DNA of 29,521 nucleotides from Armatimonadota bacterium. GTDB taxonomy: Bacteria; Armatimonadota; Zipacnadia; Zipacnadales; UBA5352. Positions 17,026-27,246 of the stretch are shown in pieces. A program made the translations under genes and the position numbers. The DNA lies in the NCBI GenBank assembly GCA_034722055.1, contig JAYENL010000093.1, positions 1 to 29,521 on the forward strand. Reading direction: 5' to 3'. Within the stretch, counting starts at the first letter, position 1, and every line of letters begins with the position of its first letter. The notes beneath the pieces are model-generated. The model was not told where the DNA came from. It did no database searches and worked only from the letters and a program-made list of their open reading frames with translations.

Positions 17026-17733
17026 ATGGAATGGGCTGAGGGGACCGGGAGGACGCTCGAGGACGCCCAGCGGGACGCGCTCGAGCAGCTCGGCGCCTCT
17101 GAGGATGCAGTGGAGTTCGAGGTGCTGGAGCGCCCCGGCGCCTTCGGGAGCATATTCGGGCGCTCGACCTATCGGGTGCGTGCCATCCTCGAGTATCCCG
17201 AGGAGCATGAGCCGGCCCCCGAGGAGGCCCCGGAGGCTGAGGAGGAGGCGGAGCCCGAGCCTGAGCCTGAGATCCCCCATCAGGACCTGGCGGAGATCGG
17301 TCGCGACATGCTTCAGAGGATGGTCGATCTGATAGGCGTGGAGGGCACTGTCGAGATCGGGGAGTGTACCGAGGACGAGGTGCGGCTGAACGTGGAGGGG
17401 GAGGATATGGGGCTGCTGATCGGCCGTCACGGGGCCACGCTCGACGCGGTGCAGCTCATCGTGGCGATCGGCGCGAACCGGAAGGTCGAGGACGGGGCGC
17501 GGGTAATCGTGGATGCCGAGGGCTACCGCGCCCGCCACAAGGCCATGATTGAAGCCCGGGCCCGGAAGCTGGCGGAGGAGGCCAAGGACAGCGGCAAGGA
17601 GGTCGTTGTCCCCGACCTCAAGGCCTACGAGCGCCGGCTGATGCACCTGGCACTGAAGAAGGACCCCGACGTCCAGACCTACAGCGAGGGCGAGGGCGAC
17701 GAGCGGGTGTTGGTCATCTCGCCCGTGAGCTGA
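17026..17733 (+). CDS. jag: RNA-binding protein Jag/KhpB/EloR
   Basis: Jag_N domain, KH motif LLIGRHGATLDAVQ, R3H motif ERRLMH..TYSEGEG. Confidence 0.95.
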   Translation: MEWAEGTGRTLEDAQRDALEQLGASEDAVEFEVLERPGAFGSIFGRSTYRVRAILEYPEEHEPAPEEAPEAEEEAEPEPEPEIPHQDLAEIGRDMLQRMVDLIGVEGTVEIGECTEDEVRLNVEGEDMGLLIGRHGATLDAVQLIVAIGANRKVEDGARVIVDAEGYRARHKAMIEARARKLAEEAKDSGKEVVVPDLKAYERRLMHLALKKDPDVQTYSEGEGDERVLVISPVS

Positions 17734-17758
17734 GTCGCAGCGGCAGCAAGACTGCCCG

Positions 17759-20740
17759 TCACTCGGCCTGCAGTGAGCGGATCAGTGACGCCACCTCGCG
17801 CCGGACCTCGTTGGCGTCCGCCGCCGTGAAATCCTGCGGGCGGACGCCCCACGGCACCTCGGCGAGCAGGGCGTCCAGCTCCTCCAGCGCTCGTCGTCCC
17901 GCTTCACCCTCCGCCTCCGCCATCTGCTGGAGCGTGTAGATGTAGCGGAAGTCGTCCACGCCCTCGCGATGGCCCTCCCACTGCAGCGTCGGGACCATCT
18001 CGGTGCCGTCCTCGGACACGTAGGTGGTGCAGGCCTCCTTGGCCTCTCGCTGCTCCTCACCGTCGAAGTCGTTGTAGATGTCGCCCTTGGCGCGCTGCAG
18101 CGTCCAGCACCAGATGCCCTCCGCGCCGGATTTGGCCAGCATGTAGCCCGCCAGGTAGCGGTTGGGCATCGTGGCGCCGTCCATGCCGGTGTAGCAGCCG
18201 GTCCCGTACATCCACAGGTGATCGCCGCTGTCGGCGGTCTCCTGCGCCCGGAGCTGCTGGGCCTCCGCGGATCCGACCACGAAGTGCACGTAGTAGGTCC
18301 GCGCGTCCAGGACAGGGTTCAGCTCCTCCTCCACGGTCACGGGATCGTTCACGGTCGTGAAGGTGGACAGCCCCAGGTCCTTGAACCAGCTCAGCTCCTC
18401 GTAGGCCGCCGCCGCCCGGTCGGGGTGACCGCGATTGGGCTCATCGACCGCATGCCAGAACAGCTCCCCCCAGCCCTCGCGCTCGCCCACCTCCGCGAAG
18501 TGCTGCACGATCTGCTTGTAGACGCGCTCGAACTGGGGCCCGCGCACCTCGGCCTCCGGCAGGAGGCCCTTGACCGTTCCGGCCAGGGCCTGCATGCTGA
18601 TGACCGTCGGCGGCCGCAGCCCCTCCTGCAGCGCCCACCTCATGTAGCGCTCGAACTCCGCGGAGTCGATGCGCGCCTCGCCATCCTCCAGGCTGATCTC
18701 GCTGTGGTCGGGCGGATACATCATCGCGCTGGTGATGCCGTGGGCCACGAAGTCCCGCATCTCAGCGCGCACCTGCCGCTCGGGCATGCGCCTCCAGCGG
18801 CTGCTGTCGGTGTACAGCCCCCAGTGGTACTCCGGCGTCGCCATCAGCCGGAAGGGCTGCACATCGACGATTACGCGGCGCTCGGCGGAGCCTCCATCGG
18901 CGTCGGTGATGCGCACTGTCCCGTGGTAGCGGCCGGGCCGCGCGTCCTCCGGGACGTGCAGTGTCAGCCAGGCCTGAGCCGGCTGCAGCGGCGCCAGGTC
19001 CACCGTCGGCCGCCGCTCGAGCATCTCCGGGATGACGTGGAAGGTCGTGCTGCGCCAGGATATGCGCTGCGACCAGTAGCGCGCCCAGCGCACCTCCCAG
19101 GCCTCAGCCGGGATGCGCTCGCCTGCGGCGGTCGTCAGCTCCGACGCTGTCACGCGCAATCCGCGCGTGGCGGCCGTGGCCAGTACGCCCACCGTCGCCG
19201 GCTCATACTCGCCCGGCGTGGCGATGAGCTCGATGCGCCGCTCCACGTCCTCTGCGCTGGGCCGGTAGCGATAGGGGATCGCCTCCGCGGCCTCCGGCAC
19301 GAACGGGATCCAGCCCTGTGAGGCGTGCGCCGGGACGGTGGCCCCCAGCGGCGTGGGCGGCTGCGCGGTCACATCGGTGAAGTGCTGGTCGTTCCAGCGC
19401 ACGAAGTCCACGCGCGTCCAGCCCAGCGGCACCGGTGAGCCATCCTCCAGCACCGCCTGCCACTCATAGGCGCCATCCGGCAGCTCCTCCGGCGGGTGCA
19501 GTATCGCCACTGAGCCGTCCCAGTCGGAGATGATCTGGGCGTGGACGGTCTCGGCGCCGGCGCCTCCGGGCGTGTGTGACGGCGGGGAGCGCAGCAGCGT
19601 CGTGCGCAGCTCCAGGCCGGGCGGGGGCTCGCTCAGCGCAAGACTGACGCTCACCCCGGTGGGCCGGCCGTCGCCGCGGGCCACGCTCTCCGCCGAGACC
19701 AGCGGCTGGTAGCCGCCCACGAACAGGATCGAGCCCTGGCGAGCGATCGGCGTGCGCGCGGTGACGCCCCCCGGCATATCGGGCGTCTTCAGGTCCAGGC
19801 GAAGCTCGTACTCGGCGAACCGTGGCCCGCTGAGGGCGACCTCAAGCTCGCCTTCGGCGGCCGGCGCCTCAAAGGTCTTGGAGCTGCGGGGAGTGCCCAG
19901 GTACCGCAGCGTGCCGACCAGCCGCCCCTCCTCGGTCGGCGCGGTCAGTCCCAGCCGCACCACCGGCTGCTCCTGTGTGCCCACGTAGCGCGGTGGCTGC
20001 CGCAGCCCGGTGGCGAAGGGCACCAGCACGCCGTCGCCGCCCAGGGACAGATACTGCGGCACATCGCGGCTCAGCCCGATGTCGCAGTCCTCGAACACCC
20101 CTGTCTCGGCCTTCCCGGCGGTCAGCGACCACGCTGCGCCTGCGTGGCCCTGGGGCACCTCGACGTGCAGCTCAGCCCCCTCCATGCCGATGGTCGTAGC
20201 GGAGCCGGCCTCCTGCCCCTCGGGGTCGAAGACCGTCAGCGTGGCGTTCTCCTCGCTGCCCTGCCCGCGCACGCTGACCGTGAAGGACCCCGTGCCGCGG
20301 GGGACGTAGAAGAACAGGCGCCCGACCCGGCTGATGAAGCTTGCCGGGCGCTCGGCAGAGGCCGGTACTGCCACGGGCCCGTTGCAGCTCACCGCGGCGG
20401 CGTTCTGACCCGTTTCCAGGCGAACCTCCACCGGTCCCGGCCCCACGTTCAGCGCCAGCTCTCCCTCCTCGCCCGGCGCCAGCCGCACGACCTGCCCCGC
20501 ATGGGACGCCACGATCTCGTCCACGTACCGGCCGACCTGGCGCGCCTGCACGTGCAGCCGCAGCGGCTCAGCGCCGGGACGCTGATACAGAATCAGTTGG
20601 AAGCTGCCGCGCAGGTAGCTCTCCCCTCCGTAAGGCCCGAGCGGTCGTCCGCTCAGCGGCACCAGCCCCTCCTGACCCCACGCACACGCCGTCATCAGTG
20701 CCACCAGCGTCAGTGCCAGCACGATCCTCGTCAGCTTCAT
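17759..20740 (-). CDS. Secreted glycoside-hydrolase-like protein (GH123/DUF4091-like C-terminal region)
   Basis: Signal peptide MKLTRIVLALTLVALMTACAWG. ATPGEYEP, QAWLTLHVPEDARPGRYHG, AVDEP and PTLQWEGHREGVDDFRY motifs. Confidence 0.7.
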   Translation of the reverse strand: MKLTRIVLALTLVALMTACAWGQEGLVPLSGRPLGPYGGESYLRGSFQLILYQRPGAEPLRLHVQARQVGRYVDEIVASHAGQVVRLAPGEEGELALNVGPGPVEVRLETGQNAAAVSCNGPVAVPASAERPASFISRVGRLFFYVPRGTGSFTVSVRGQGSEENATLTVFDPEGQEAGSATTIGMEGAELHVEVPQGHAGAAWSLTAGKAETGVFEDCDIGLSRDVPQYLSLGGDGVLVPFATGLRQPPRYVGTQEQPVVRLGLTAPTEEGRLVGTLRYLGTPRSSKTFEAPAAEGELEVALSGPRFAEYELRLDLKTPDMPGGVTARTPIARQGSILFVGGYQPLVSAESVARGDGRPTGVSVSLALSEPPPGLELRTTLLRSPPSHTPGGAGAETVHAQIISDWDGSVAILHPPEELPDGAYEWQAVLEDGSPVPLGWTRVDFVRWNDQHFTDVTAQPPTPLGATVPAHASQGWIPFVPEAAEAIPYRYRPSAEDVERRIELIATPGEYEPATVGVLATAATRGLRVTASELTTAAGERIPAEAWEVRWARYWSQRISWRSTTFHVIPEMLERRPTVDLAPLQPAQAWLTLHVPEDARPGRYHGTVRITDADGGSAERRVIVDVQPFRLMATPEYHWGLYTDSSRWRRMPERQVRAEMRDFVAHGITSAMMYPPDHSEISLEDGEARIDSAEFERYMRWALQEGLRPPTVISMQALAGTVKGLLPEAEVRGPQFERVYKQIVQHFAEVGEREGWGELFWHAVDEPNRGHPDRAAAAYEELSWFKDLGLSTFTTVNDPVTVEEELNPVLDARTYYVHFVVGSAEAQQLRAQETADSGDHLWMYGTGCYTGMDGATMPNRYLAGYMLAKSGAEGIWCWTLQRAKGDIYNDFDGEEQREAKEACTTYVSEDGTEMVPTLQWEGHREGVDDFRYIYTLQQMAEAEGEAGRRALEELDALLAEVPWGVRPQDFTAADANEVRREVASLIRSLQAE

Positions 20741-20848
20741 CGCAGGACCTCCAGCCCGGCTGTCAGAGCAGTACGGGGACGACCTGGCAGCTCACTCCGT
20801 GTCCTTCTCGTGGCTGTGGTGATGCGCCTTCCTGTGGCCGTACGCACC

Positions 20849-20878
20849 GCGGCGCGACCGTGGAAACGGCCGCGCCGC
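20849..20878 (-). terminator. Stem-loop 3' of the DUF1559 gene (terminator or stabiliser)
   Basis: GCGGCGCG-A-CCGT-GGAA-ACGG-C-CGCGCCGC. The mismatch becomes a G-U pair on the - strand; no clear U-tract. Confidence 0.45.
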
Positions 20879-20901
20879 CCCCCTCTGGCGGTGTCCGGAG
20901 A

Positions 20902-21606
20902 TCAGTTCTTGTCGAAGTAGGTGTTCTTGCCGTCGTTGTAGAGGGCGCTGTAGGAGAATGCCTTCGCGTGTCCGTCCACGAAGTTGACATTGCCGGTTCC
21001 GTTGTGCCGCGGCACGAAGTTGAAGCCCGGACGATCGCCCATGGCGGATGTGTTCCAGTAGGAGTCATTGCAGCCCGAGGGGAACTGAAGCGTCGCGATG
21101 GCCTCGTTGTAGCCGATGCCGAACGAGGGGTAGTAGAGCCGGCCCGGCCCCCAACTGTCCATGCAGGTGTCCGCCGCGATCACGGTCTCGGCAGGCTTCT
21201 TGATCTTGGCCAGCTTGGTTGAGTACCAGGCGAAGATCAGATGGTTCCATCCGTAGCTCCGTTCGCCCAGGAAGGCCGGGTCCCCGCTCGACGTGCGGCG
21301 AGTGGAGAGCGCCGCACTGGGGCAGTCCCACACGTCGATGTTCTTGATATAGGGGTGTACCACCTGGATGATGCTGTAGCGGGGTCCTACGCTCGGCCTG
21401 GTGTAGTGATACGGGAGCCTCTCGTCGTAGTCCTCGATGTACATCCGCATGCCCAGCGCGATCTGCTTGAGATTCGACAGACACGAGGTCTGTCGCGCCT
21501 TCTCGCGTGCCCGTGCGAACACGGGGAACAGAATGGCCGCGAGGATGGCGATGATCGCGATCACCACCAACAGCTCGATGAGCGTGAAGCCTCTCTCGTG
21601 TCTCAT
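20902..21606 (-). CDS. Prepilin-type N-terminal cleavage/methylation protein, DUF1559 with H-X9-DG motif
   Basis: [44 protein letters not shown] and [16 protein letters not shown]. Confidence 0.93.
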   Translation of the reverse strand: MRHERGFTLIELLVVIAIIAILAAILFPVFARAREKARQTSCLSNLKQIALGMRMYIEDYDERLPYHYTRPSVGPRYSIIQVVHPYIKNIDVWDCPSAALSTRRTSSGDPAFLGERSYGWNHLIFAWYSTKLAKIKKPAETVIAADTCMDSWGPGRLYYPSFGIGYNEAIATLQFPSGCNDSYWNTSAMGDRPGFNFVPRHNGTGNVNFVDGHAKAFSYSALYNDGKNTYFDKN

Positions 21607-21769
21607 AGCGTCTCCTCCTTTTGACCGACGGCGTGCGGGGATGCGCCAATCGTATCCCCTCCCACCGGTGCCTGAGTGCCTATCATTAAAGTTCGACGAC
21701 GCGGCGCCATCACCTTCTCCATCTCGGGAAGTTTCTTCCCCTCTGCTGGGTCAGCCCACCGACGCGCTG

Positions 21770-22201
21770 TCAGCCCAGCATCATCATCAGGGCCTCGGCG
21801 ACGTTGGACAGCTTGGCGCCCACGAAGTCGAAGACCCCCGCCATCTTTAGCCCCGAGACCACCAGCAGCACGCCGAAGCCCTTCTTCAGCGTCTCGACAG
21901 GCAGCCAGTTCGCCAGCGGCGCCCCGATGGCAAAGCTGCCGACGATCGCTCCCACCGCCAGGCCGGCCGCGATCCGCCAGTCCACAACGCCGTAGGAGAA
22001 GTGGTGTCGCAGCACGCCGGCGATGGCCCCGGGGATCATGACCGCCAGGGATGTGGCTACCGCGATCTTCGGCTCCTTCTGCCAGATGAAGATGATCGCC
22101 GGCACCATCAGCACCCCGCCGCCTATTCCGAAGAGGCCGGAGATGACTCCCACCACGGATCCAACGCCCAGATATGCTCCTATGCCGCTCAGAAAGCTCA
22201 A
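21770..22201 (-). CDS. Sulfite exporter TauE/SafE family protein (single repeat)
   Basis: SGLFGIGGGVLMVP, AVATSL, VDWR, LKKGFGVLL; TTG start. Confidence 0.85.
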   Translation of the reverse strand: MSFLSGIGAYLGVGSVVGVISGLFGIGGGVLMVPAIIFIWQKEPKIAVATSLAVMIPGAIAGVLRHHFSYGVVDWRIAAGLAVGAIVGSFAIGAPLANWLPVETLKKGFGVLLVVSGLKMAGVFDFVGAKLSNVAEALMMMLG

Positions 22202-22238
22202 TGTGCCATCGTCCTCTCAGGTTCCGTGTGGCGTCAGC

Positions 22239-23258
22239 CTACCGCGTGCTGTGCTCGTCCACGTACTGCAGAGCCGCGTCCCAGCTCAGGACGCCGTGGT
22301 TGGCCCCCGCCTGGGAGACCACCGACGCCGCATTCGCCGCCCCCAGCCGCAGGCTCTCCGGCACGGTCATGTCGTGCCACAGCGCCGAGATGCAGCCGGC
22401 GCCGAAGGCGTCGCCGGCGCCCACGGTGGAGGCGACCTCCGTCTGGAAGGCCGGCACCGTGTAGTAGGCCTTCCCGTCCGAGGCCCTGGCGCCGCGCCTG
22501 CCGTCGGTGATGACCACGATGTCCACCCCGTGGTCGTGCAGCCGGTGGCACATCTCCCGCTCGTCCCGGTCGCCCCGCTCCTCCTCGATCCCCGTCAGCC
22601 GCCGCATCTCCTCATCGTTCTGGAAGATGATGTAGGTGCTCTCAAGCAGCTTCCCGTACTCCTCCAGCCCCTGGTCGATCTGCGAGGTGCCCAGGTTCAG
22701 CCCCAGCTTGATGCCGTGCTCGTCGGCGAACCGCGCCAGCTTCGGGTACAGCCGCCAGCTCTGGCCCGCCAGCGCCCCCACATACAGCCACTGCGTCTTC
22801 GCCAGCTCCTCCCAGGGGATGTCCTCCTCGCTCAGCTCCCTGCTGGCCCCGCGATGCACCAGCACCGTCCGCTCCCCGGTGAACGCCGTGATGATCGTGG
22901 AGTAGCCGGTGCCCGAGACGTCGGAGTAGGCCAGCAGATGCGTCCTGGCCCCGACCTCCTCCAGCCGCCGCTTGACGCGCTCGGCTGGCTCGTCGCTGCC
23001 GACCTTGCTGACCACGGCGGTGTGCATGCCCTGCCTGGCGAAGGTGATGGCGGTGTTCACCGAGCCGCCGCCCACGCTGATGAGCATGTCGTCCACGTGG
23101 ATCTTCCCTCCATACTCGAAGGCCATGAAGGACTCCTCGCCCTGGGCGTCCCTGAGGGTGATGACCTGCCCGCTGCTGCAGCGGACCATGACATCCTCGG
23201 TGGCGCTGCCCACCGTGATGATGTCATAGCCCTCGGGCGAGGCTGCATCCGCTGCCAT
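22239..23258 (-). CDS. PfkB family carbohydrate kinase
   Basis: GGGSVNTA, NDEE, VITDGRRGA and STVGAGDAF motifs. The start at 23258 was chosen by RBS and domain boundary. Confidence 0.92.
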   Translation of the reverse strand: MAADAASPEGYDIITVGSATEDVMVRCSSGQVITLRDAQGEESFMAFEYGGKIHVDDMLISVGGGSVNTAITFARQGMHTAVVSKVGSDEPAERVKRRLEEVGARTHLLAYSDVSGTGYSTIITAFTGERTVLVHRGASRELSEEDIPWEELAKTQWLYVGALAGQSWRLYPKLARFADEHGIKLGLNLGTSQIDQGLEEYGKLLESTYIIFQNDEEMRRLTGIEEERGDRDEREMCHRLHDHGVDIVVITDGRRGARASDGKAYYTVPAFQTEVASTVGAGDAFGAGCISALWHDMTVPESLRLGAANAASVVSQAGANHGVLSWDAALQYVDEHSTR

Positions 23259-23494
23259 GGTCACATCAGGCTCCCGCATCGCGACGAAGATGCACGCGCC
23301 CGCGCGTCCCGTGCTCCGGGCGCGGGCGCCTGTCCGGGGCTTCCGTTCCAGTCCCACAGGCTATTCGCGGCCGTAAGGCGCCACTCCTGCACCGGAGGTG
23401 CCCCGCGGCGTGCTCGCGAAACGTGCGCTGACGTGCCTGTCATTGAGTCCAGGCGGTCGCCACAGCGACCGCTGAGCCGTGAGGAGGACGTGCC

Positions 23495-24760
23495 GTGAAG
23501 GACTTCCTGACAGCCGCTCGGCAGCGCGAGGAGCAGACCGTGGGCCTGTTGCAGGAGCTGGTGCGCATCGATACCCGCAACCCCTACTCCGGTGACGAGG
23601 GCGCCCCCGGCGAGGCCGCTGGCCAGGCCCTTCTCGAGCCCATCCTCCGGGAGATGGGCGCCGAGACCCGGCTTTTCGACTGCCCCGACGGCATCTACGA
23701 GCGCATGGAGGTCATCGGCCCCCAGGGCCGCGACTTCGCCGACCGCCCCAACCTGGTGGCCGAGTGGAGCTTCGGCGACGGCCCTCGCGTCATCGTCAAC
23801 GGCCACATGGACACGGTGGGCGCCGAGGGCATGGACATCGAGCCCTTCGCCGCCGAGGTGTCCGACGGCGCCGTGTGGGGGAGGGGCTCCAGCGACTGCA
23901 AGGGCGGCCTCACCACGGCGGTGGCGGCCATCGGCCTGCTCCTGGACTCGGGCCTGGACCTGCGCGGCTCCCTGGTTTTCGAGAGCGTGGTGGGCGAGGA
24001 GTGCAGCGACTCCGGCGCCGGCACGCTGGCCTGCCTCGACGCCGGCTACACCGGCGACGTGGCCGTCTTCGTTGACGGCAACGACCTCACCATCACCCTG
24101 GGCTGCCAGGGCTGCCTCACCGCCGATCTCACCGTCAGCGGCAAGGAGGGCCACGCCGCCCGCGGCACCGGCGTCTCGGCCATCGACAAGGGCATGGTGG
24201 TCAAGCAGGCCGTGGATCGGTTCAAGGCCGAGCGCGAGAGCCAGCGGCCCGATTGCCGGGTGAACCTGGGCATCTTCCGCTCGGGCGTCCACGCCGCGGT
24301 GGTGCCGGGCAGCGCCTACCTGTCGCTGAACATCGTCTACGCCATGGAGGAGGCCGAGGCGGCACGCGCCGCCGGCCATCCCTGGGGAGGTCGGCCGGTG
24401 ATGGAGCGCTTCGAGGAGACCGTGCGGGAGGCCGAGGCCGCCGACGAGTGGCTCGCACAGCGGCCCAGCGAGCTGACCTGGGTGAAGGACCTGGTGCCCT
24501 TCGACCAGCCTGATGATGACCCCTGGGCGCAGCGACTGGCGGCGGTCTTCGAGGAGACGCTGGGCCGGGAGGCCGTCTTCCACCGCATGGTGGCGTGGAG
24601 CGACTCCGCCTACCCCTGCGCGCTGGGGGGCATCCCCACGCTGCTCTTCGGCCCCGGGCTGGCCGGGCAGCCGCACGGGCCCCAGGAGCACGTCATGATC
24701 GAGGACCTTGTGCAGTGCACCGCTGTGCTGGCGGCCTTTCTGGCCCGGACTCTGTCGTAG
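23495..24760 (+). CDS. M20 family metallopeptidase (ArgE/DapE-like deacylase)
   Basis: NGHMDTV, GRGSSDCKGG, GEE, GKEGHA and HGPQE motifs; GAGGAGG RBS. Confidence 0.92.
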   Translation: MKDFLTAARQREEQTVGLLQELVRIDTRNPYSGDEGAPGEAAGQALLEPILREMGAETRLFDCPDGIYERMEVIGPQGRDFADRPNLVAEWSFGDGPRVIVNGHMDTVGAEGMDIEPFAAEVSDGAVWGRGSSDCKGGLTTAVAAIGLLLDSGLDLRGSLVFESVVGEECSDSGAGTLACLDAGYTGDVAVFVDGNDLTITLGCQGCLTADLTVSGKEGHAARGTGVSAIDKGMVVKQAVDRFKAERESQRPDCRVNLGIFRSGVHAAVVPGSAYLSLNIVYAMEEAEAARAAGHPWGGRPVMERFEETVREAEAADEWLAQRPSELTWVKDLVPFDQPDDDPWAQRLAAVFEETLGREAVFHRMVAWSDSAYPCALGGIPTLLFGPGLAGQPHGPQEHVMIEDLVQCTAVLAAFLARTLS

Positions 24761-24765
24761 CCCAA

Positions 24766-25487
24766 CTCCGAACCGCGTAGGTCGGGCTTCCAGCCCGACT
24801 CTTCTCGGCGCGGCACAGGTCCGCGCCCTACAACGGCAACGATATACGGCAACAGCCGGCGGGCTGGGCAGCCCGCCGCTCCGTACGACATAACAGCGAC
24901 GGATCACGGCAACGGCCGGGCGGGCAAGGAAGCCCGCCGCTCCGTACGACACAACAGCGGCGGATCACGGCAACGGCCGGGCGGGCAAGGAAGCCCGCGG
25001 CTCCGTACGACATGACGGCAATCTCGCCGGGATGTCGTTGTGGCCCCGGCGCCGTCGCCGGGGCAGGCGGCAGGTCCGCTGTGGTTGTCTTTGCCGTACG
25101 GAGGGCCGGCGTGCCTACGCCGCCCGCTGTTGATGCCGTTGTCCGTCGGTGTTTCCGTGCCGTATGGAGGGGCCGGACCACTGTCCGGCCCGCCGTTAGT
25201 CGTCGCCGTATGCAGGGGCCGCACGACGACGGGTGCGAAGCACCCGGGGGCGGGGTTGTGGCTGCGGGAAGAGACGCGCAGGCGTCTCCGGGAGGTCGGC
25301 CCGGCTCCGAACCGCGTAGGTCGGGCTTCCAGCCCGGCTCTTCTCGGCGCGGTACAGGTCCGCGCCCTACAACGGCAACGACGTACCACAACAGCCGGCG
25401 GGCTGGGAAGCCCGCCGCTCCGTACGACATGACAGCGACGGATCACGGCAACGGCCGGGCGGGCAAGGAAGCCCGCCGCTCCGTACG
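24766..25487. repeat. REP/BIME-like mosaic of palindromic repeats
   Basis: A ~183-bp direct repeat (24766-24948 vs 25305-25487), GTAG-headed palindromes, five 61-bp-period units ending CTCCGTAC and three opposite-orientation GTA(C/T)G(G/C)AG units. Confidence 0.85.
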
Positions 25488-25526
25488 GCGTGGCGTAACT
25501 CAGCGTCGTGTTCGGAGAATGGCAGC

Positions 25527-26534
25527 TCACTCCCCCGCCACGCGGCGCCGGATGTGCTTGAGCAGCCCCAGCGCCTGCGGCGTCCACGGGCTGTCGTAAT
25601 ACTCGGAGTCCTTCTCTCCCGTCTCGAATCGCTCCAGAAGCCGCAGGGCTTTCTGTGCGTCCCCCAGCACGTAGTGGGCCACGGCCATGTAGTACTGGAT
25701 CTCCAGGCGCCGATGGCCATCCCTGTCCCTCGCCTCCAGCTCCGCCAGCGCGGTCAGGGCCTTCTGCGGGTCGTCGGGCAAGCGGAGGATCGCCAGGTCC
25801 ACCTCGGCGTCGAACTTCGCGCCCGTGTCGTTCTCGGGGTCCATCTTGATGGCGGCCTCGAGGTTGCGCACCGCCGCCTTGTAGAACGGATCGCCGCGCG
25901 CGAAGTCCATCTCCATGTAGGCCCGGCCCACCTCCCGCCTTGCCACCGGATCGTTGGGCTCCTCAGTGACCGCGGTGATCTTCTCGAAGAGGTTCGCCGC
26001 CCGCTGAAGTTGCATCGAGTAGACCGGCGGCGGCAGATAGCCGTGCCGGCGGAACAGCTCGTCGCCATGGGAATCCAGGAACAGCGAGATCGGGTAGGCG
26101 GCCACCCGTTCATTGGTGTCGGCGTCAAGGCCCAGAGGATTGGAGACCGGCGAGACCTTCAGCCGGCGGCGCGCGGCGTCGCTGTCAGGGTCGCGCAGGT
26201 CCAGCTTCACCGCCTCGAAGGCCCGCGCCGCCGCCACCACCCCGTCGTCGGTCAGCGTCTCGCGCAGCATCTGCTTGGAGGGCTCCAGCCCCTCGCGCTC
26301 CCCCAGGTCAGCCTGGCTGAGGTAGACGAACGCGAAGATGGGCTTGCCTGACTGCTTGGCCGCCTGCAGCGCCTCCTCGAAGCTGTCGTGCCATCGCACC
26401 CGGGCCGCCGACGCCACCGAACACAGCAGCAGGGCGCTCGCCACCGCCACCAGCATCAGCACCCGACGCCCGGCGAGACGGGGAGAGTCACACCTCGTCG
26501 TCCACAGGCCGCACATCTCGCCTGCCTCCTCCAC
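25527..26534 (-). CDS. Exported thioredoxin-like fold plus TPR protein
   Basis: Signal peptide; WHDSFEEALQAAKQSGKPIF; YPISLFLDSHG; helical TPR-like C-terminus. Confidence 0.75.
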   Translation of the reverse strand: MEEAGEMCGLWTTRCDSPRLAGRRVLMLVAVASALLLCSVASAARVRWHDSFEEALQAAKQSGKPIFAFVYLSQADLGEREGLEPSKQMLRETLTDDGVVAAARAFEAVKLDLRDPDSDAARRRLKVSPVSNPLGLDADTNERVAAYPISLFLDSHGDELFRRHGYLPPPVYSMQLQRAANLFEKITAVTEEPNDPVARREVGRAYMEMDFARGDPFYKAAVRNLEAAIKMDPENDTGAKFDAEVDLAILRLPDDPQKALTALAELEARDRDGHRRLEIQYYMAVAHYVLGDAQKALRLLERFETGEKDSEYYDSPWTPQALGLLKHIRRRVAGE

Positions 26535-26539
26535 GGCGC

Positions 26540-27028
26540 TCAGAGCCTCTTCGCGTCCTCCATGCGCATGATGTAGTGGATCTGCCTCACGATCTCCTGG
26601 AAGCCGAAGCGGGGATACAGCGCCTGACCGGCCTCGTTCGTGGCCAGCGTCTCGATCTTGGCCAGCTCCATGCCTCTATCATCGAAGCGATCCAGAGCGG
26701 CGTTGATGAGCTGGGTGCCGATGCCCTGCCCCTGGTGGTCGGGGTCTACCGCCAGGTTGGGAATGCGGCCGATCCCACAGGTCTCGTCAGTCGTGGTGGT
26801 GATGTAGCCCACCACCTCGCCCTCCTCCGTCTCCGCGACCAGCACGCCCTCAGGCTCGGCTGCGATGTCCTCGTCGATGTCCCGGCACTTGCGCTCGGCC
26901 CATGTGGTGCCTCGCAGCCTCCCGTACATGCCCTCCAGCTTCCCGTGGATCGACGCCTCCCGGAAGGAGCTGGCCGTTATCTGATGCAGGCGCCCTCGAT
27001 CCTCTTCGCGATACTGCCGGATCCTCAC
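26540..27028 (-). CDS. GNAT family N-acetyltransferase
   Basis: LAVDPDHQGQGIG and NEAGQALYPRFGF. Confidence 0.92.
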   Translation of the reverse strand: MRIRQYREEDRGRLHQITASSFREASIHGKLEGMYGRLRGTTWAERKCRDIDEDIAAEPEGVLVAETEEGEVVGYITTTTDETCGIGRIPNLAVDPDHQGQGIGTQLINAALDRFDDRGMELAKIETLATNEAGQALYPRFGFQEIVRQIHYIMRMEDAKRL

Positions 27029-27076
27029 CTGTGACTTCCTTTCGCGCAGCCGCCCGCTGGCCTCGACTGCTGCAGC

Positions 27077-27105
27077 TTGACGTACCGCCTCGCGGCGTGC
27101 ATCAT
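27077..27105 (+). promoter_or_regulatory. Putative sigma70 promoter (rightward)
   Basis: TTGACG-17 nt-CATCAT. Confidence 0.4.
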
Positions 27106-27246
27106 AGATACAGCGGCCTGCTCCCCCCTTCGACCAGGCTGACCGGAGCAGTTGAATCGTGGCGCCCGGAAGGGGATCGGGGGGCGTTTCGATAGGTGTG
27201 CCGCGCCGGTCGGCCTGCGACAGCTCCCCGGCGAACGGACATACTC

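Noticed and set aside
21770..22201. TauE as a truncated pseudogene
   Set aside because: Half-size single-repeat TauE/SafE proteins are common, and the ORF has an intact RBS and stop.
22199..22210. Three-codon uORF (ATG GCA CAT TGA, - strand) overlapping the TauE start
   Set aside because: The SD-like GAGGA is too close to this ATG and fits the TTG start better; likely chance.
24841..25020. 61-bp periodic repeats as a CRISPR array
   Set aside because: Units are near-identical along their whole length with no unique spacers, occur in both orientations, and no cas genes are present.
24828..25599. ORFs of 130-227 aa across the repeat region
   Set aside because: They are translations of GC-rich palindromic repeats in several frames with no protein-like features.
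27110..27240. c-di-GMP-I or ZTP riboswitch, SRP or 6S RNA
   Set aside because: Only fragments match (GGCACAC..GAAA, GGGGAGC, CCGGAAGG); the required partner motifs and overall architecture are missing.
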